Assembly: GCA_951406725.2 (NCBI GenBank)
Contig: OX597823.1
Coordinates: 116,746,001 to 116,810,000 of the forward strand
DNA: 64,000 nt
DNA from: Octopus vulgaris
Taxonomy: Eukaryota
Direction of reading: 5' to 3'
Shown in pieces: positions 1-12,007 of this stretch; position 1 is the first letter of the stretch, and each line of letters opens with the position of its first letter. The notes under the pieces were generated by a model that saw nothing but the letters and a program-made list of their open reading frames with translations, was not told the origin of the DNA and made no database searches. The position numbers and the translations under genes were made by a program.

Positions 1-766
1 ACAAACAACTAGCCACAGTTGTTTAAATATGACTACAGATATTGCGTTATAGTAGATCCAGGCATATAATTCTAATTGGCTCAGTACTCTAGACTGACAA
101 ATACTTTCTACTCCTGCTTTAGCAATCAAGAGTATACTTAATTTTTAAAATATTTCCATTAAAATTATACAAATGTTAAAATTTTTGAAGCTATATCTAT
201 AACAAAGATGCCAAAAGAATTGAGCAGTATATGGTAACCCATCTGTTTAGGAGGGTAGGAATTCTGAATAAAAATTGAATTGGACTATGTGGACATTTCT
301 GACCCATGCCAATATAAAAAGTGGACATAAAACAATTATAATATATATACATATAGTGAAAAGGTTCAATAAAAAATTTTTCGACAGGGTGAATTGTAGT
401 GAAAAATATATAAAGAAGCAAAATACACAGAAATTTTACATTGGACAAAAAATATATTTTTTATGAAATAATATATTCACATTGTCAACCGGTTTCATTT
501 CTGTTAATCATGACTAAAAAGTTAGTGATAATGTTAGAATTTCATGCTATCATAGAAAGTTTTTATTTATTCCATGTTAGTAGGATGAAGGATATTTTGT
601 AAATGAATCAGAAGGCAACAAAAAGAAAAAGGCAACATGAATAGCATCTGACTTAAAATCCTGCCTCAAATAAATCTCTGCCTAAATCCATGCTAGAATA
701 GGAAAATAGATATCAGACAATCAGATCAGATCCCATTCATCCAGACATGAAAGTATGACTTTGAAT

Positions 767-862
<96 letters not shown>
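767..862. repeat. Compound (CA)n/(CT)n microsatellite
   Basis: Directly visible dinucleotide arrays. Confidence 0.95.
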
Positions 863-863
<1 letters not shown>

Positions 864-1049
864 TTTGATCATTATATATCCTATAAGGCATAAACATCGA
901 TTCAATTTATAAATATTTATAACAAACTATCATGAGTAGAGAAGTGTAAGCTTGATGGACAGAGGGTAGTTGGAGTGACAGTAACTGTGGTGGAGTAGCT
1001 TGGCTACCCCACCTACATCTTCTGTAAAGGAGAACTGAAGCAAGCTATG

Positions 1050-2309
1050 AGACCCATAAGGAAAAGATACCCAGGGGAGCTTGCATAAGGAAGAGCACCT
1101 TAAACAGACGGACCAGAAGACAACACTGGACAGTGAAACAATAGCTGAGAAGAATGGACCGTTGAAAGATCAGTGCATCTGCAGTGAGGCCTGAAAGACC
1201 ATAAGAGGCTTGAGAATTGACCAAAGCCAGGATGAGATGTTGGACAGCAGAAATGATAAGAGAGTGCACAGAAGAGTTTGGTGAGATGCAGAAGGAGCCT
1301 GAGCTGGAGTCAAACCACAGTGTCCAGAGCCTGTATGGGTCACCCAAGCCACTGCTTGTGGCTTTATAGCTGATTTACTGGTTGACTGTAGTCACATGAC
1401 CCAACCAAGGATCTAGTGACCCCATCCATTGAAGATATCTGAGTGGTTGCAGTTTGTCAAGGATGTCGATTGAATATTAGAAAGGGCTGCCAAGAGATAT
1501 CTGAACAACAGGTTGAAAACAATTGCCCACATCATAGTAAACTTTAACGCTGGGCATTTTGGGACCAGGTCCATACCATCAGCCTATGCACTTGACAGCA
1601 GAGCAATGAAAATCCAGCATCTCAGGCAAGAGCTTAAATCATTCAGGAAAGAATGCAAGAAACAGTGGAGGTTGAAATGGCTAGTGTGGCAGATCTTCAG
1701 GCAATCCTCAGGAAGGAGCATATGATATTGTTGAGAGCAGAGAGCCATAAAATGTGATAAAGAGAAAGAGCAAAGAAGAGAACTGCATTCTTGGCTAAAC
1801 CCTGCAGATTGACAAAGCAGCTTCTCAGTCAGAAAACTGATTGGTTGATCTGTTCCAAGGACTCTATTAATAAGCAAGTCATGAGTGTTTGCAGTGACAG
1901 TGAGAGAGACCAACCACCGAGCCACACGCAAGTCACAGCATCATCAGGACCAACAATAAGATTCAACTAGAAAGAAAGATCTTTACCTGAGAGAAGTGGA
2001 AGAAGTCGTAAGAAGGGAAAGATCTAACTGATAACCAGACCTGAGTGCCATATAATGTTGACAAGTATTCCATTGGCTTTGGAAGGCCATGAAGATGATT
2101 CAGAGGAGAGGGAAGGTTGCCAAACCATGAGAAAAGAAGACAGCTGAGAATTTTGAATCATCTCCTTGCTTTGCATGGGGAGCAGAAATTCCTTCAGCAT
2201 TGTGTCTAAGGGACTTACCAATTTTCTGCTCAACAATGGTTACATTGACAAGTAGGTTCAGAAGGTAGGAATAACAGATGTCTCCAGATGCCTTGAACAC
2301 ACAGGAGTA
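1050..2309 (+). mobile_element. Decayed HERO-like non-LTR retrotransposon, 5' part
   Basis: Manual translation with stops and frameshifts: Zn-finger-like RGLRI..ARMRC, KIQHLRQELKSFRKE, RERAKKRTAFLAKPCRLTKQLLSQK, and RT-region SIVSKGLTNFLLNNGYIDK*VQKVGITDVSRCLEHTGV; these match recalled HERO ORF motifs. Confidence 0.75.
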
Positions 2310-3947
2310 ATGCAAACCCAGAGCTGAACATACCCCAAAATCGAAGGTCTCCAAATGTATACTTTGTTGTAATTTCTGAAAATGACTATAAATGTCTAAG
2401 CTAACACACACAAAAAAAAATTGACCAAAAGTTCAATTTTAAGAAATTTTATGGCATTTTGAACTTGGGACATACATGCAGATAAACAATAATATGTGAA
2501 CAGTGTCAAAATTTTACCTGCCAAAATTCACCAAAATGAAAAAAATGGCGTGAAAATTCTATTTAAATAAAAGAATAAATAATTTTTTGCTTGTTTTTTT
2601 TTGTGTCATCCAAGGGAAGAAATGTGACTAAGAATAGATTTTATTCAAATTCTTTCTTTTATTTTTTTTTTTGCAACTTCAGAAACAGTGAAGTTATCGT
2701 TGATGTTAGGGAATTTATCCCTAAAATCCAGCAAAATTTATTCAAATTTTATCAAGAATTTTGTAATTTTGGGGAAAAAAGGGGCACCAGACAACATCTA
2801 AAGGCTATTGGATTTTGAAAATTTAAGATATATGCTCAATTAAATATCAGATTCCAAAATATTACCCTTTGCCCTTTTTACAAAAGAACTAATTGATATT
2901 TGATACACCTTTCTATAACTTTTATCCATCAAAATTCATCAAATTTTGGTTGAGTTTTTTATGCTAAATATATCAATCCTTTTGAGAGTTTTTTACTTTT
3001 CAAAGTGACATGTGGGTATGGTAGGACAAGGGACAGTTGTAACAGACTAAAGAAGCAAAATAAATAAGAAGGATTTACTAGACAAAATGTGTTAGAGATT
3101 ATCTGCATTTTGCAAAAAATCTGGAAAAATTTACCTGATGATTATAAGAATGATGCAAAAAACGAATCCAAATGTTTCTAACTCACTTTTAGTCTTCAGA
3201 TTTTGATGTAATATAATTTGCTAAGGAATCTATTTCTTTCAAAGGTCCTTCATCCATGTATCTAAAGGAGCAATATTTTGTGGAATGTTCTTGCACCACG
3301 GTATTCCTGTCTATTTCAACAAATACCTGGTGAATGTGTCTTTTGAATTTTTGCTTTGGCCTGGCTTTCCCCCTAAAGTTGTTATGAGTTTTCTGAACAA
3401 TTTGTCATCGGCCTCCAAACCAGATTCATGAAGCTGAGCAAGTTTATTGCCATCATTAACCTAAGTGAGCTCCCACAGGTGACCTAGCTGTTTGCGCATG
3501 ATAGGTGTGGTGCTGATCTAATTCAGGTCTGTTCAAAGGAATAGATAAAGATCAGTATAGATACTTTGGTAATGTTAAACACTGATATGATCTTTGGTAT
3601 TAAATGGTCTCAAAATACTTGCTAAATGATTGCCAAAAAGTTTAAAATTCTTCTGATCAGCTTCTTTCGTATTTCAAACTTAATTTAATATTTGCAACAC
3701 TGCAACACAATGACTTCCCAATGCACTAGAATGACACTTCCAATCAGCTCTTAAACACTACACCATCATAGCAATATTTTCAACCAAGTTGTAATGAAAA
3801 ATTGATATCATACTCACTTAAAATTATATCCATGATTATATTAGTCTAATAATTAAGATGTAGATTAATTTCTTATGTTCTGTACTCATGAGTGTGTGAA
3901 AGCCAAAATCAGAAATGTCAGCAAAAAGGTTGTTCTTGACCCCTGTG
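2310..3947 (-). mobile_element. Internally deleted Transib/RAG1-like DNA transposon inserted in the HERO LINE
   Basis: Interrupts the HERO RT between CLEHTGV and QLIRE; GAGTA duplicated at 2305-2309 and 3948-3952; minus-strand end reads CACAGGGGTCAAGAACAACC; contains a transposase relic. Confidence 0.7.
3189..3664 (-). pseudogene. RAG1/Transib-like DDE transposase C-terminal relic
   Basis: Single frame from 3664: EADQKNFKLFGNHLASILRPFNTKDHISV*HYQSIYTDLYLFL*TDLN*ISTTPIMRKQLGHLWELT*VNDGNKLAQLHESGLEADDKLFRKLITTLGGKPGQSKNSKDTFTRYLLK; then a shifted frame ..HSTKYC..GPLKEIDSL..*. Resembles RAG1 HKTLAH..SEGNESGNKLFRR. Confidence 0.72.
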
Positions 3948-4800
3948 GAGTAGAAATACAACTCATAAGAGAGACACAACAGAAAAGAGTAAATTTAGCT
4001 GTACTGTGGCTAGACTTGGCCGGAGCCTATGACTTGATACAACATAAGCTGGTTGAAGTTGCACTAGAGAGATATCATGTACTGCAAAAGTAAAAGACCT
4101 CATCACAAACTACTACAGCAAGTTCAGGCTGAGGGTTTCTTCTGGCAAGCTGACCTCTGACTGGCACCGACTTGAAGTGGGAATAAATAATGGGTACACC
4201 ATCTCAATGTCTCTCTTTGTGTCTGCAATGAACATGCTGGTTACATCAGCAAGGAAGGAGCATTGAGATCTCCTCAGCTGACAGGAGTAAAGCCTCTAAA
4301 AAAACGGAAAAGTCACAAATGAGTACTACTTCAAGTTAGGGAAATATAAGATTCTTTCTGTCACAGAAAAACTAATGAGATGTCTCTGGAAGGTCTTAAG
4401 GACATCATGAAGGTAACTAGAGCAAACTTAGAAAGCTGGTTGAGAATCATAAACATGTCTAAATTACCAGGAAGGTTCAAGGTTTGTTTGCCAGAATGAG
4501 ATCCTCCTAAGAATAATCTGGACATTATTAGAGATTTGTGAGGGAGCGGTAACAAACTCAGGCTCCCATTCAATTTTGCCTGGGAAGAATTCGTGATGTC
4601 GTAGGTATGAGATTACACGTGGTACACCTGCACAAAGGAATCCAAAGTGTCTCATCCAAAAATTGTTGTGGGAACACAAAATAAAATGGAAGGCATTGCA
4701 GACAAACAAAGAATTGGAAATACAGAAGCAGGGTATATGGAAAAAGTAGAATAAGAAGCCTGAAGAACAACGTAGTAGTTAAAGAGAACGTGTCTAGATG
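3948..4800 (+). mobile_element. Decayed HERO-like LINE, continuation of the RT domain
   Basis: QLIRETQQKRVNLAVLWLDLAGAYDLIQHKLVEVALERYHV; WHRLEVGINNGYTISMSLFVSAMNMLV; LPGRFK. Confidence 0.8.
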
Positions 4801-4877
4801 GCTCTGGCTGAAAAGAGATGTGTGTATATCTGTGTGAGTGTGTGTGTGTGTGTGTGTTCCTGTGTCTGTGCAGAGAA

Positions 4878-5180
4878 GGTACACAGCTCAGTCGTTAGGA
4901 CATTGGGCTCACACTCATGAGGTTAAGAGTTCAGTTCCCAGACGAGGTTGTGTATTGTGTTCTTGAGCAAGACACTTTATCTCACGTTGCTCCAGTTCAC
5001 TCAGCCGTAGAAATGTGTTGCAGTGTCACAGGTGCCAAGCTGTATCGGCCTTTGCCTTTCCCTTGGGTATCATCAGTGGCATGAAGTAGGGAGGCTGGTA
5101 TGCATGAGTGACTACTGGTCTTCCATAGACAAATTTGCCTGGACTTGCATCTTGGAAGGAAACTTTCTAGGTGCAATCTC
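4878..5180 (+). mobile_element. tRNA-derived SINE, family C (CORE-like TTCTTGAGCAAGACACTT)
   Basis: A/B-box-like head; homologous to 37495-37835 (-), 42375-42520 and 51515-51833. Confidence 0.75.
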
Positions 5181-5486
5181 ATCGTCATTTTCCCCTTTTC
5201 CTATATATACATATACATATATATATATATATCACGTGACCGACCAAGCTATCAGATGTTGCTACACATCGTTGGTCACATCGCTGGTCACATCGCTGTG
5301 TATCAATTCCACTCACAAAACTTTGGTTGGCCTGATGTTATAGTAGAAGACACTTGTCCAAAGTGCCTTGCAGTGGGATTGAACCTGGAACCAAGTGGTT
5401 GGGAAACAAGCTTCTTAACGTACAACTATGCCTGTATGATGAACTTATATAAAATGTTTGTGTATGTGAGTCCTATTGTAAATATA

Positions 5487-5522
<36 letters not shown>

Positions 5523-7273
5523 TATATAGAAGATATAAGACAGATAAATCATATACAGTGTATGCACCAAAGATCACAGAAAACTGACACATGGTTCTTG
5601 GTTGCCTTTGGCAGAGTTTGCTATGTTGCAAGCACTGGAATCCCAGTTCATGGCCACCACCCTTCTCCGTTTCTGATTAAATTATAAACACAAATACTTT
5701 CACCTCCATTGCCCCTAACTCCACATATATGTAACTCTTACCATTAAATCTGGTCTTAACATAAGTATACCAAATTACTGATGTGCTATTTGAGGTAGAT
5801 CAAAGATTACTTGACATGACGTTTACAAACAACATCTGACAATGTCTGGCACCTCAGGCAAAGTATTTGGAAGACTCTTGAAAATCTGTCCAATCCATGT
5901 CATCATCATCATCATCATCATCATCATCAATCGCCAGTAACTATTTACACTTACATCAATCACAATGACAGACACATCACTCCTATGTTCCTAAGTTCTT
6001 CAGTAATCATACCACCACTGTCTTCCATAAGGTTTTCAACGATAATTTTGGAAGGACACCCATAGTTCACCGGCCCATGTGGTTGTTCCTAAATAAAGGA
6101 TTTGGACTATGGTCAACACTGGTATCACAGACAGTCCACAGCAGTGTTTTTTTTTTTGTTTTTTTTATTGGTCTGGAAAAAATGTGCTTTACTGGTGACC
6201 CTTCAAGACCAGAAATATTATGATTAAGGTTCCTCTTCTATAGATGCAAGTCATCAACCACAAGGAAAACATGAAGAGGGAGGGAGAACTTCTAGAGAGA
6301 GGCTCATGTTGTGAGTAAGGTATGATGTGGGCATAATATCCATAGGTGGTATACAAGTGGGTAAATGATAGGTGAGTCAGGGCAACCTGAGTGGAAGAGG
6401 TATGAGACGAACCAACTTCAAAGAGCAAGGGCCACTGCAACAGTAAAAGTAATAGGAAAAATTCAGAGTGGACATAGTTTAAATTTGTGGTGATGATGGA
6501 AGGCTGCTTTATGTTTATGAACATAGTTTATTGATGCATTAATATAGGCGTTCATGTTATATAAGTAAAGAAATATTCAGATAAAACAATGTATATGACT
6601 AATGCAGTAAGATTTTGTTAGAAATTCAACAGTTGAGCTAATCTTTACATGTCAATGCGTATTCTTATTGGCATGGTGTGTCTTCTTTGATTGTTTCATG
6701 TTGAATATGTAGCTGTGAAAACAGCTTGTGTGGAGAGTGAACACCACCAGGGACTGAATCACTCTGAAGTTTTGGCTCTCAATTGAGTTGTATTTGTAAG
6801 CTGTGTTCATTGGAAGTTCTAGTAATGCCACCAAACAGCCCCAAAAACACCAGCTGGGTTTGCACTCTTGATCAAATTGTGATTTTTATATGGCAAAACA
6901 TGGTATTGAATCCAATTGTTGTATATTCTTGCCATCAGTCAGTAGTAAGAGGATCACCATAAAGTTGCTGGTTGTTTACTCTCTGCATCCAGCTAACATT
7001 GAAGGTCACATTTCAATAAGTTAAAATCGTTGTTACAAAAATAATTATGAATTTTTCTTTCATTAAAATAATGGTGTTTGTATAAACAATGCTGTTGTCT
7101 GTGTGAGGGTCTCAAGTCACATCAGTTGTACTCACTGACCTCTGAACTACACAAAAACAACAACCAGAAATAAAATGTTTTTCAATGTAAATACAATTTC
7201 TTTTTCTATCATTAGACATTCTTGTATTTCTTTTCAAACATTTTTTCCTACATTATATATCTTTCTATCTATC

Positions 7274-7327
<54 letters not shown>

Positions 7328-7644
7328 TATGAGCATGTATAAGTGTGCATGTGTTTCTGTATGTCTGTGTGTATGTATACATACACACGCAGGCACACAC
7401 ACTACGAGTGTGTGTGTGGATGTAGTTTCTGTTTTCAGTTTTTGCTGTCCTTTGATTCCTTTTATCTTAATCTTCAATTTCACTTTACGTTTTCTTTCAT
7501 CTTCTTCACTGATCCACCTCTCCCACACTCACACTGTATTTTTCCACCCCACTCCATCAGGTATATCCTCCCCATAATTTCCCTCTCTCTTTCTCTCTAT
7601 CTCCCTCTCTCTATCTACCTATCTATCTATCCATCTACCTATCT

Positions 7645-7720
<76 letters not shown>

Positions 7721-8734
7721 TTCTCTTTTATTTTTATCTGTATGGCTGTTATTTTTGTCATTTGCATCTGAGATGTTAGCTTATCTTATACTCATACCTG
7801 CCAATTTTTATATTGCTTTCAACCCAACCTCCTCCTTTACCACCCTCCCGCTTTCTCTTTTATCTTCCTCCCTACAGCTCTCTCATGACCTTTTAAACTG
7901 GCAGTCTCCAACTGTTGGTCCTTGGACTTGTAGTTATCCAGGATAACTTTTTTACTGGTCTCCATAAACATTATCATCTCTAAGCATCCATCATTTGCAT
8001 ATTATAATTGTTTTCCATTAGGTTCCTTATTTCGGTGTTCCACTACTCTCCATATTTTATTGATATTTAACCTCTACAGAAAAACATATATTTTTCAGCA
8101 TGTAGTTCAATGTAGTTTACACTGTAAACATGTTGTGTAGACATTCAACCATCATTGCTATCTTCAAAATTCTGCTGCTTTTCGCATGGGATTTTTGGTT
8201 CTTTAAAGTCTATAAGTTGACCTTCGTTTTTTGGTTCTAAATTTTGGTCTGGAAAATTCAGCTTGTATCACAGAAAATATGGTAATTAACCAAAGTGTTC
8301 TTTGACGAGCAACCGATTCTTTTATCTTTTTATCTTTACTTGTTTCAGTCATCAGACTGTGGCCAAGCTGGGGTACCTCCTTGAAGAATTTTAGTTGAAC
8401 GAATCAACTCCATTACTTACTTTTATTTTAACCATGATACGCATTCTATCAGTCTTTTTTGCCAAACCACTAAGTTACTGGGACATAAACACACAAATAC
8501 CAGTTATCAAGTGGTGACGAGGGTGAGAGACAAACACAGACTCAAAGACACACATGCACATAGATCTCATTCCCTATTAGTTACCTCTGATGAGCATAGG
8601 CTTACATAATTGGATTGTTACCTAACACTCCATTGAATCTCTGGTGCAAAACCAACTGGTAAGATCAGAAGCAATGGATATATAATACTGTACACTTTGG
8701 ATAATATATAGACCATTTGACATTATATCAGGCT

Positions 8735-9042
8735 TCGAGTGTTGGGCCTCACGGAAGCAATGACTGAGTCTGTTTGGCATTATGCCATGCTTGAGAAGAA
8801 CACCCATCAAGCCAAGTATAACTACAGTCATAGCAGGTACCTGTGTCACACAAATGGCACATAAAGGCACTCATTACATTCTCAGAGTGGTTGGCATTAG
8901 GAAGGGCAACCAGCTGTAGAAACCATGCCAAAACAGACTGGAGTCTGGTGCAACCTTCGAGCTTGCCAGCCTTGGTCAAACCGTCCAACCCATGCCAGCA
9001 TAGACAACAGACGTTAAATGATGATGATGATAATGATGATGA
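8735..9042 (+). mobile_element. RTE-like LINE 3' end with (GAT)n tail
   Basis: Shares GAGTGGTTGGCRTTAGGAAGGGCA...CGTCCAACCCATGC..CGTTAAAYGATGAT with the 10881-11686 element. Confidence 0.8.
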
Positions 9043-10202
9043 AACATATATATATCTATATATATGATCAGCTTCTTTGCATTTCAATGTACCGAATCAA
9101 CTCACAAGGCTTTGGTTGGCCCAAGGCTATAGAGGAAGACACTTGCCCAAGATGCCACACAGTGGGACTGAACCCGGAACCATGTAATTGGGAAGCAAAC
9201 TTCTTACCACACAGCCATACCTGTGTCCATTGAGCACTCTTGATTTAAACTAAATATATACATACACATGCATGCAAAACTTACACACAAAGATACATCT
9301 TATAAGCAGATATGTATACGTGCACTCCTACAGATATGTAAAATCAGATTTTCATAAATTTCCAGACACACGTACTTGTGTACCGAGTGGCAGCTACTAT
9401 GGATATGTTTCGGTCTTATTGTACTTCAACAGTGAAGTACAAACACAAGAAACTAAATGGATCAATAAATATTGGCTTTTACAAATAGGTTTCAACAGCA
9501 ATAATTTGTATAATAAAAAGCAAAAAAAAAATGATCTTAGGAAAATAACTCAAATAAAACAACGGCAAGATTAAGATCAAAGATTGTTAGCAAAGATCAG
9601 TTTTTTCTCAAAGCAAAAGATTCATTTTTTAAATTTCTTAATGTACTGAAATTATCTCCCTTTCCTAAGTGAGTCGTTAACAATTGTTGCCAGTTTCTCT
9701 TACTCTCATTCTTTCTCTCTCTCTCTCTCTCTTGTTTTTTTTTGTAAATCATAAATATTAATATGTATGATTTTTTATCTGTATATGTTGTTCAGTGGTC
9801 TCATACCTACATATAGTGTATAGCTGTGTGATGTGGTACGTATTACATAGTATATAGTATAAAGTGCAGCTGTGCAGCCTTATATGTATTGAATAGCATA
9901 TCATAGTCTAAAATATAATATATGGTATAAAATATATGATACAGCTGACTGGTGTAACGTACACAATCGACTCCTACATGTTGACTATTGCCATGAAGGA
10001 TTTTTAGAGGAAGTTCAAACATGTACTGCTCTGTCTATGCATTTATTCATCAATATGACATGAAAATATGCATATATATATCTATACACGTGTATGTAAA
10101 TATATATACATATATATATGCATATATGTGTGTGTGTGTATGCATATACGTATATATATATATTCATATATGCATATATATATATGTATATGTGTATGTA
10201 TG

Positions 10203-10254
<52 letters not shown>

Positions 10255-10258
<4 letters not shown>

Positions 10259-10632
10259 TCCATTCTGTCTGTCTGTGTGTGTGTCTTCTAGGATCTCGGG
10301 CATCCTCCATCCAATTGCGCTCAAATTTGATATGTAGATACCGACGGTATCAAGGCATGTATAAGTCTTGAAAAAATTACAAAAATCGATTCCAGTTGAG
10401 AATGCGATCGATAAAGCCGTGGGAACATGCATTTGTATGCACAAGAACATCAGTTGTTGTGATCAATACTACATGTACGCAAGAAAAATGCACGTGCAGT
10501 TTGCACAAAAAAAGCCGACTGGCTTGAAATAATGCCACAAAATGGGACGGTCGGACAAGTTGTTTTGAGAAAATTTGGTTTAAATGTTTGACAACTAACC
10601 ACCATCCATTGGACGGTGGGTGCATTTTGCTC
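10255..10632 (+). mobile_element. Possible non-autonomous Helitron-like fragment in a TA array
   Basis: Starts TATATATAAA...CTGTCTGTCTGTGTG like the Helitrons at 31792 and 32234; no clear CTAG end. Confidence 0.4.
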
Positions 10633-10688
<56 letters not shown>

Positions 10689-10737
10689 CACATATATATA
10701 CTTATATATATATACATATATATATATATACATATAC

Positions 10738-10784
<47 letters not shown>

Positions 10785-10849
10785 CATATACATATATATA
10801 TACATATATATACATATACATACATATATATATATATATACATATATAC

Positions 10850-10880
<31 letters not shown>
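10632..10880. repeat. (TA)n/(TACA) compound microsatellite
   Basis: Directly visible. Confidence 0.95.
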
Positions 10881-11686
10881 GCAAAAGGTAGATTGTATGA
10901 TGCATGTGTGCGAACTGCCATGCTTCACGGTAATGAAACATGGGCTGTGACTGCAGAAGACATGCGTAGACTTGAAAGAAATGAAGCTAGCATGATCCGC
11001 TGGATGTGTAGTGTCAGTGTGCACGCAAAACAGAGTGTAAGTATCCTGAGAGAAATGCTGGATATAAGAAGCATCAGATGTGGTGTGCAAGAGCGACGCT
11101 TGCGATGGTATGATCATGTGCTGCGGATGGATGAAGAGAGATGTGTGAAGAAGTGCCACTCCCAAACAGTTGAAGGTATCAGGGGGAGAGGTAGACCCAG
11201 GAAGACATGGGATGAGGTGGTCAAGCATGACCTCAGAGCATTGGGCCTCACTGAGGCAATGGCGAAGGACCGAGATCTCTGGAGATATGCTGTGACTACA
11301 AAGACCCGGGCTGCTTTCTGCAGCAATTCCACATACCCCCTACCCATTCTAAGTACCCCGGATCCCCAAAGTACCCTGGATCCCCAAAGTACCCCGATCC
11401 CCAAAGTACCCCGGACCTCGTTGCCCCCGTGCCGCTGACACGTTAAAATGCTCGAACCGATCGTGACGATGCCGGACCCTCCGGCCCCTGTGCAGGTGGC
11501 ACGTAAAAAGCACCCAATCCACTCACGGAGTGGTTGGCGTTAGGAAGGGCATCCAGCCATAGAAACTCTGCCAGATTCAGACTGGAGCCTGGAGCGGCCC
11601 CTGGCTTCCCAGACCCAGTCAAACCGTCCAACCCGTGCTAGCGCGGAAAGCGGACGTTAAACGATGATGATGATGATGATGATGAT
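10881..11686 (+). mobile_element. 5'-truncated RTE-clade LINE (ORF C-terminus, 3'UTR and (GAT)n tail)
   Basis: ORF 10893-11438: [43 protein letters not shown]; GAT tail. Confidence 0.92.
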
Positions 11687-11714
11687 ACATATACATATAT
11701 ATATATACATATAC

Positions 11715-11769
<55 letters not shown>

Positions 11770-12007
11770 CATATACATGTATATATATACATATACATGT
11801 ATATATATATATATACATATACATGTATATATATACATATATATATATACATGTACATGTATATGTATATATATACATATACATGTATATATATACATAT
11901 ATATATATATACATGTACATGTATATATATATATATATATACATGTACATGTATATATATATATATATATATACATGTACATATATATATGTACATATAT
12001 ATATGTA
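11687..12007. repeat. (TA)n with ACATGT interruptions
   Basis: Directly visible. Confidence 0.95.

Noticed and set aside
8588-8612. CTGATGAG possible hammerhead core
   Set aside because: No stem II followed by GAAA
10377-11228. 283-aa minus-strand ORF
   Set aside because: Antisense of the RTE ORF running through a TA array
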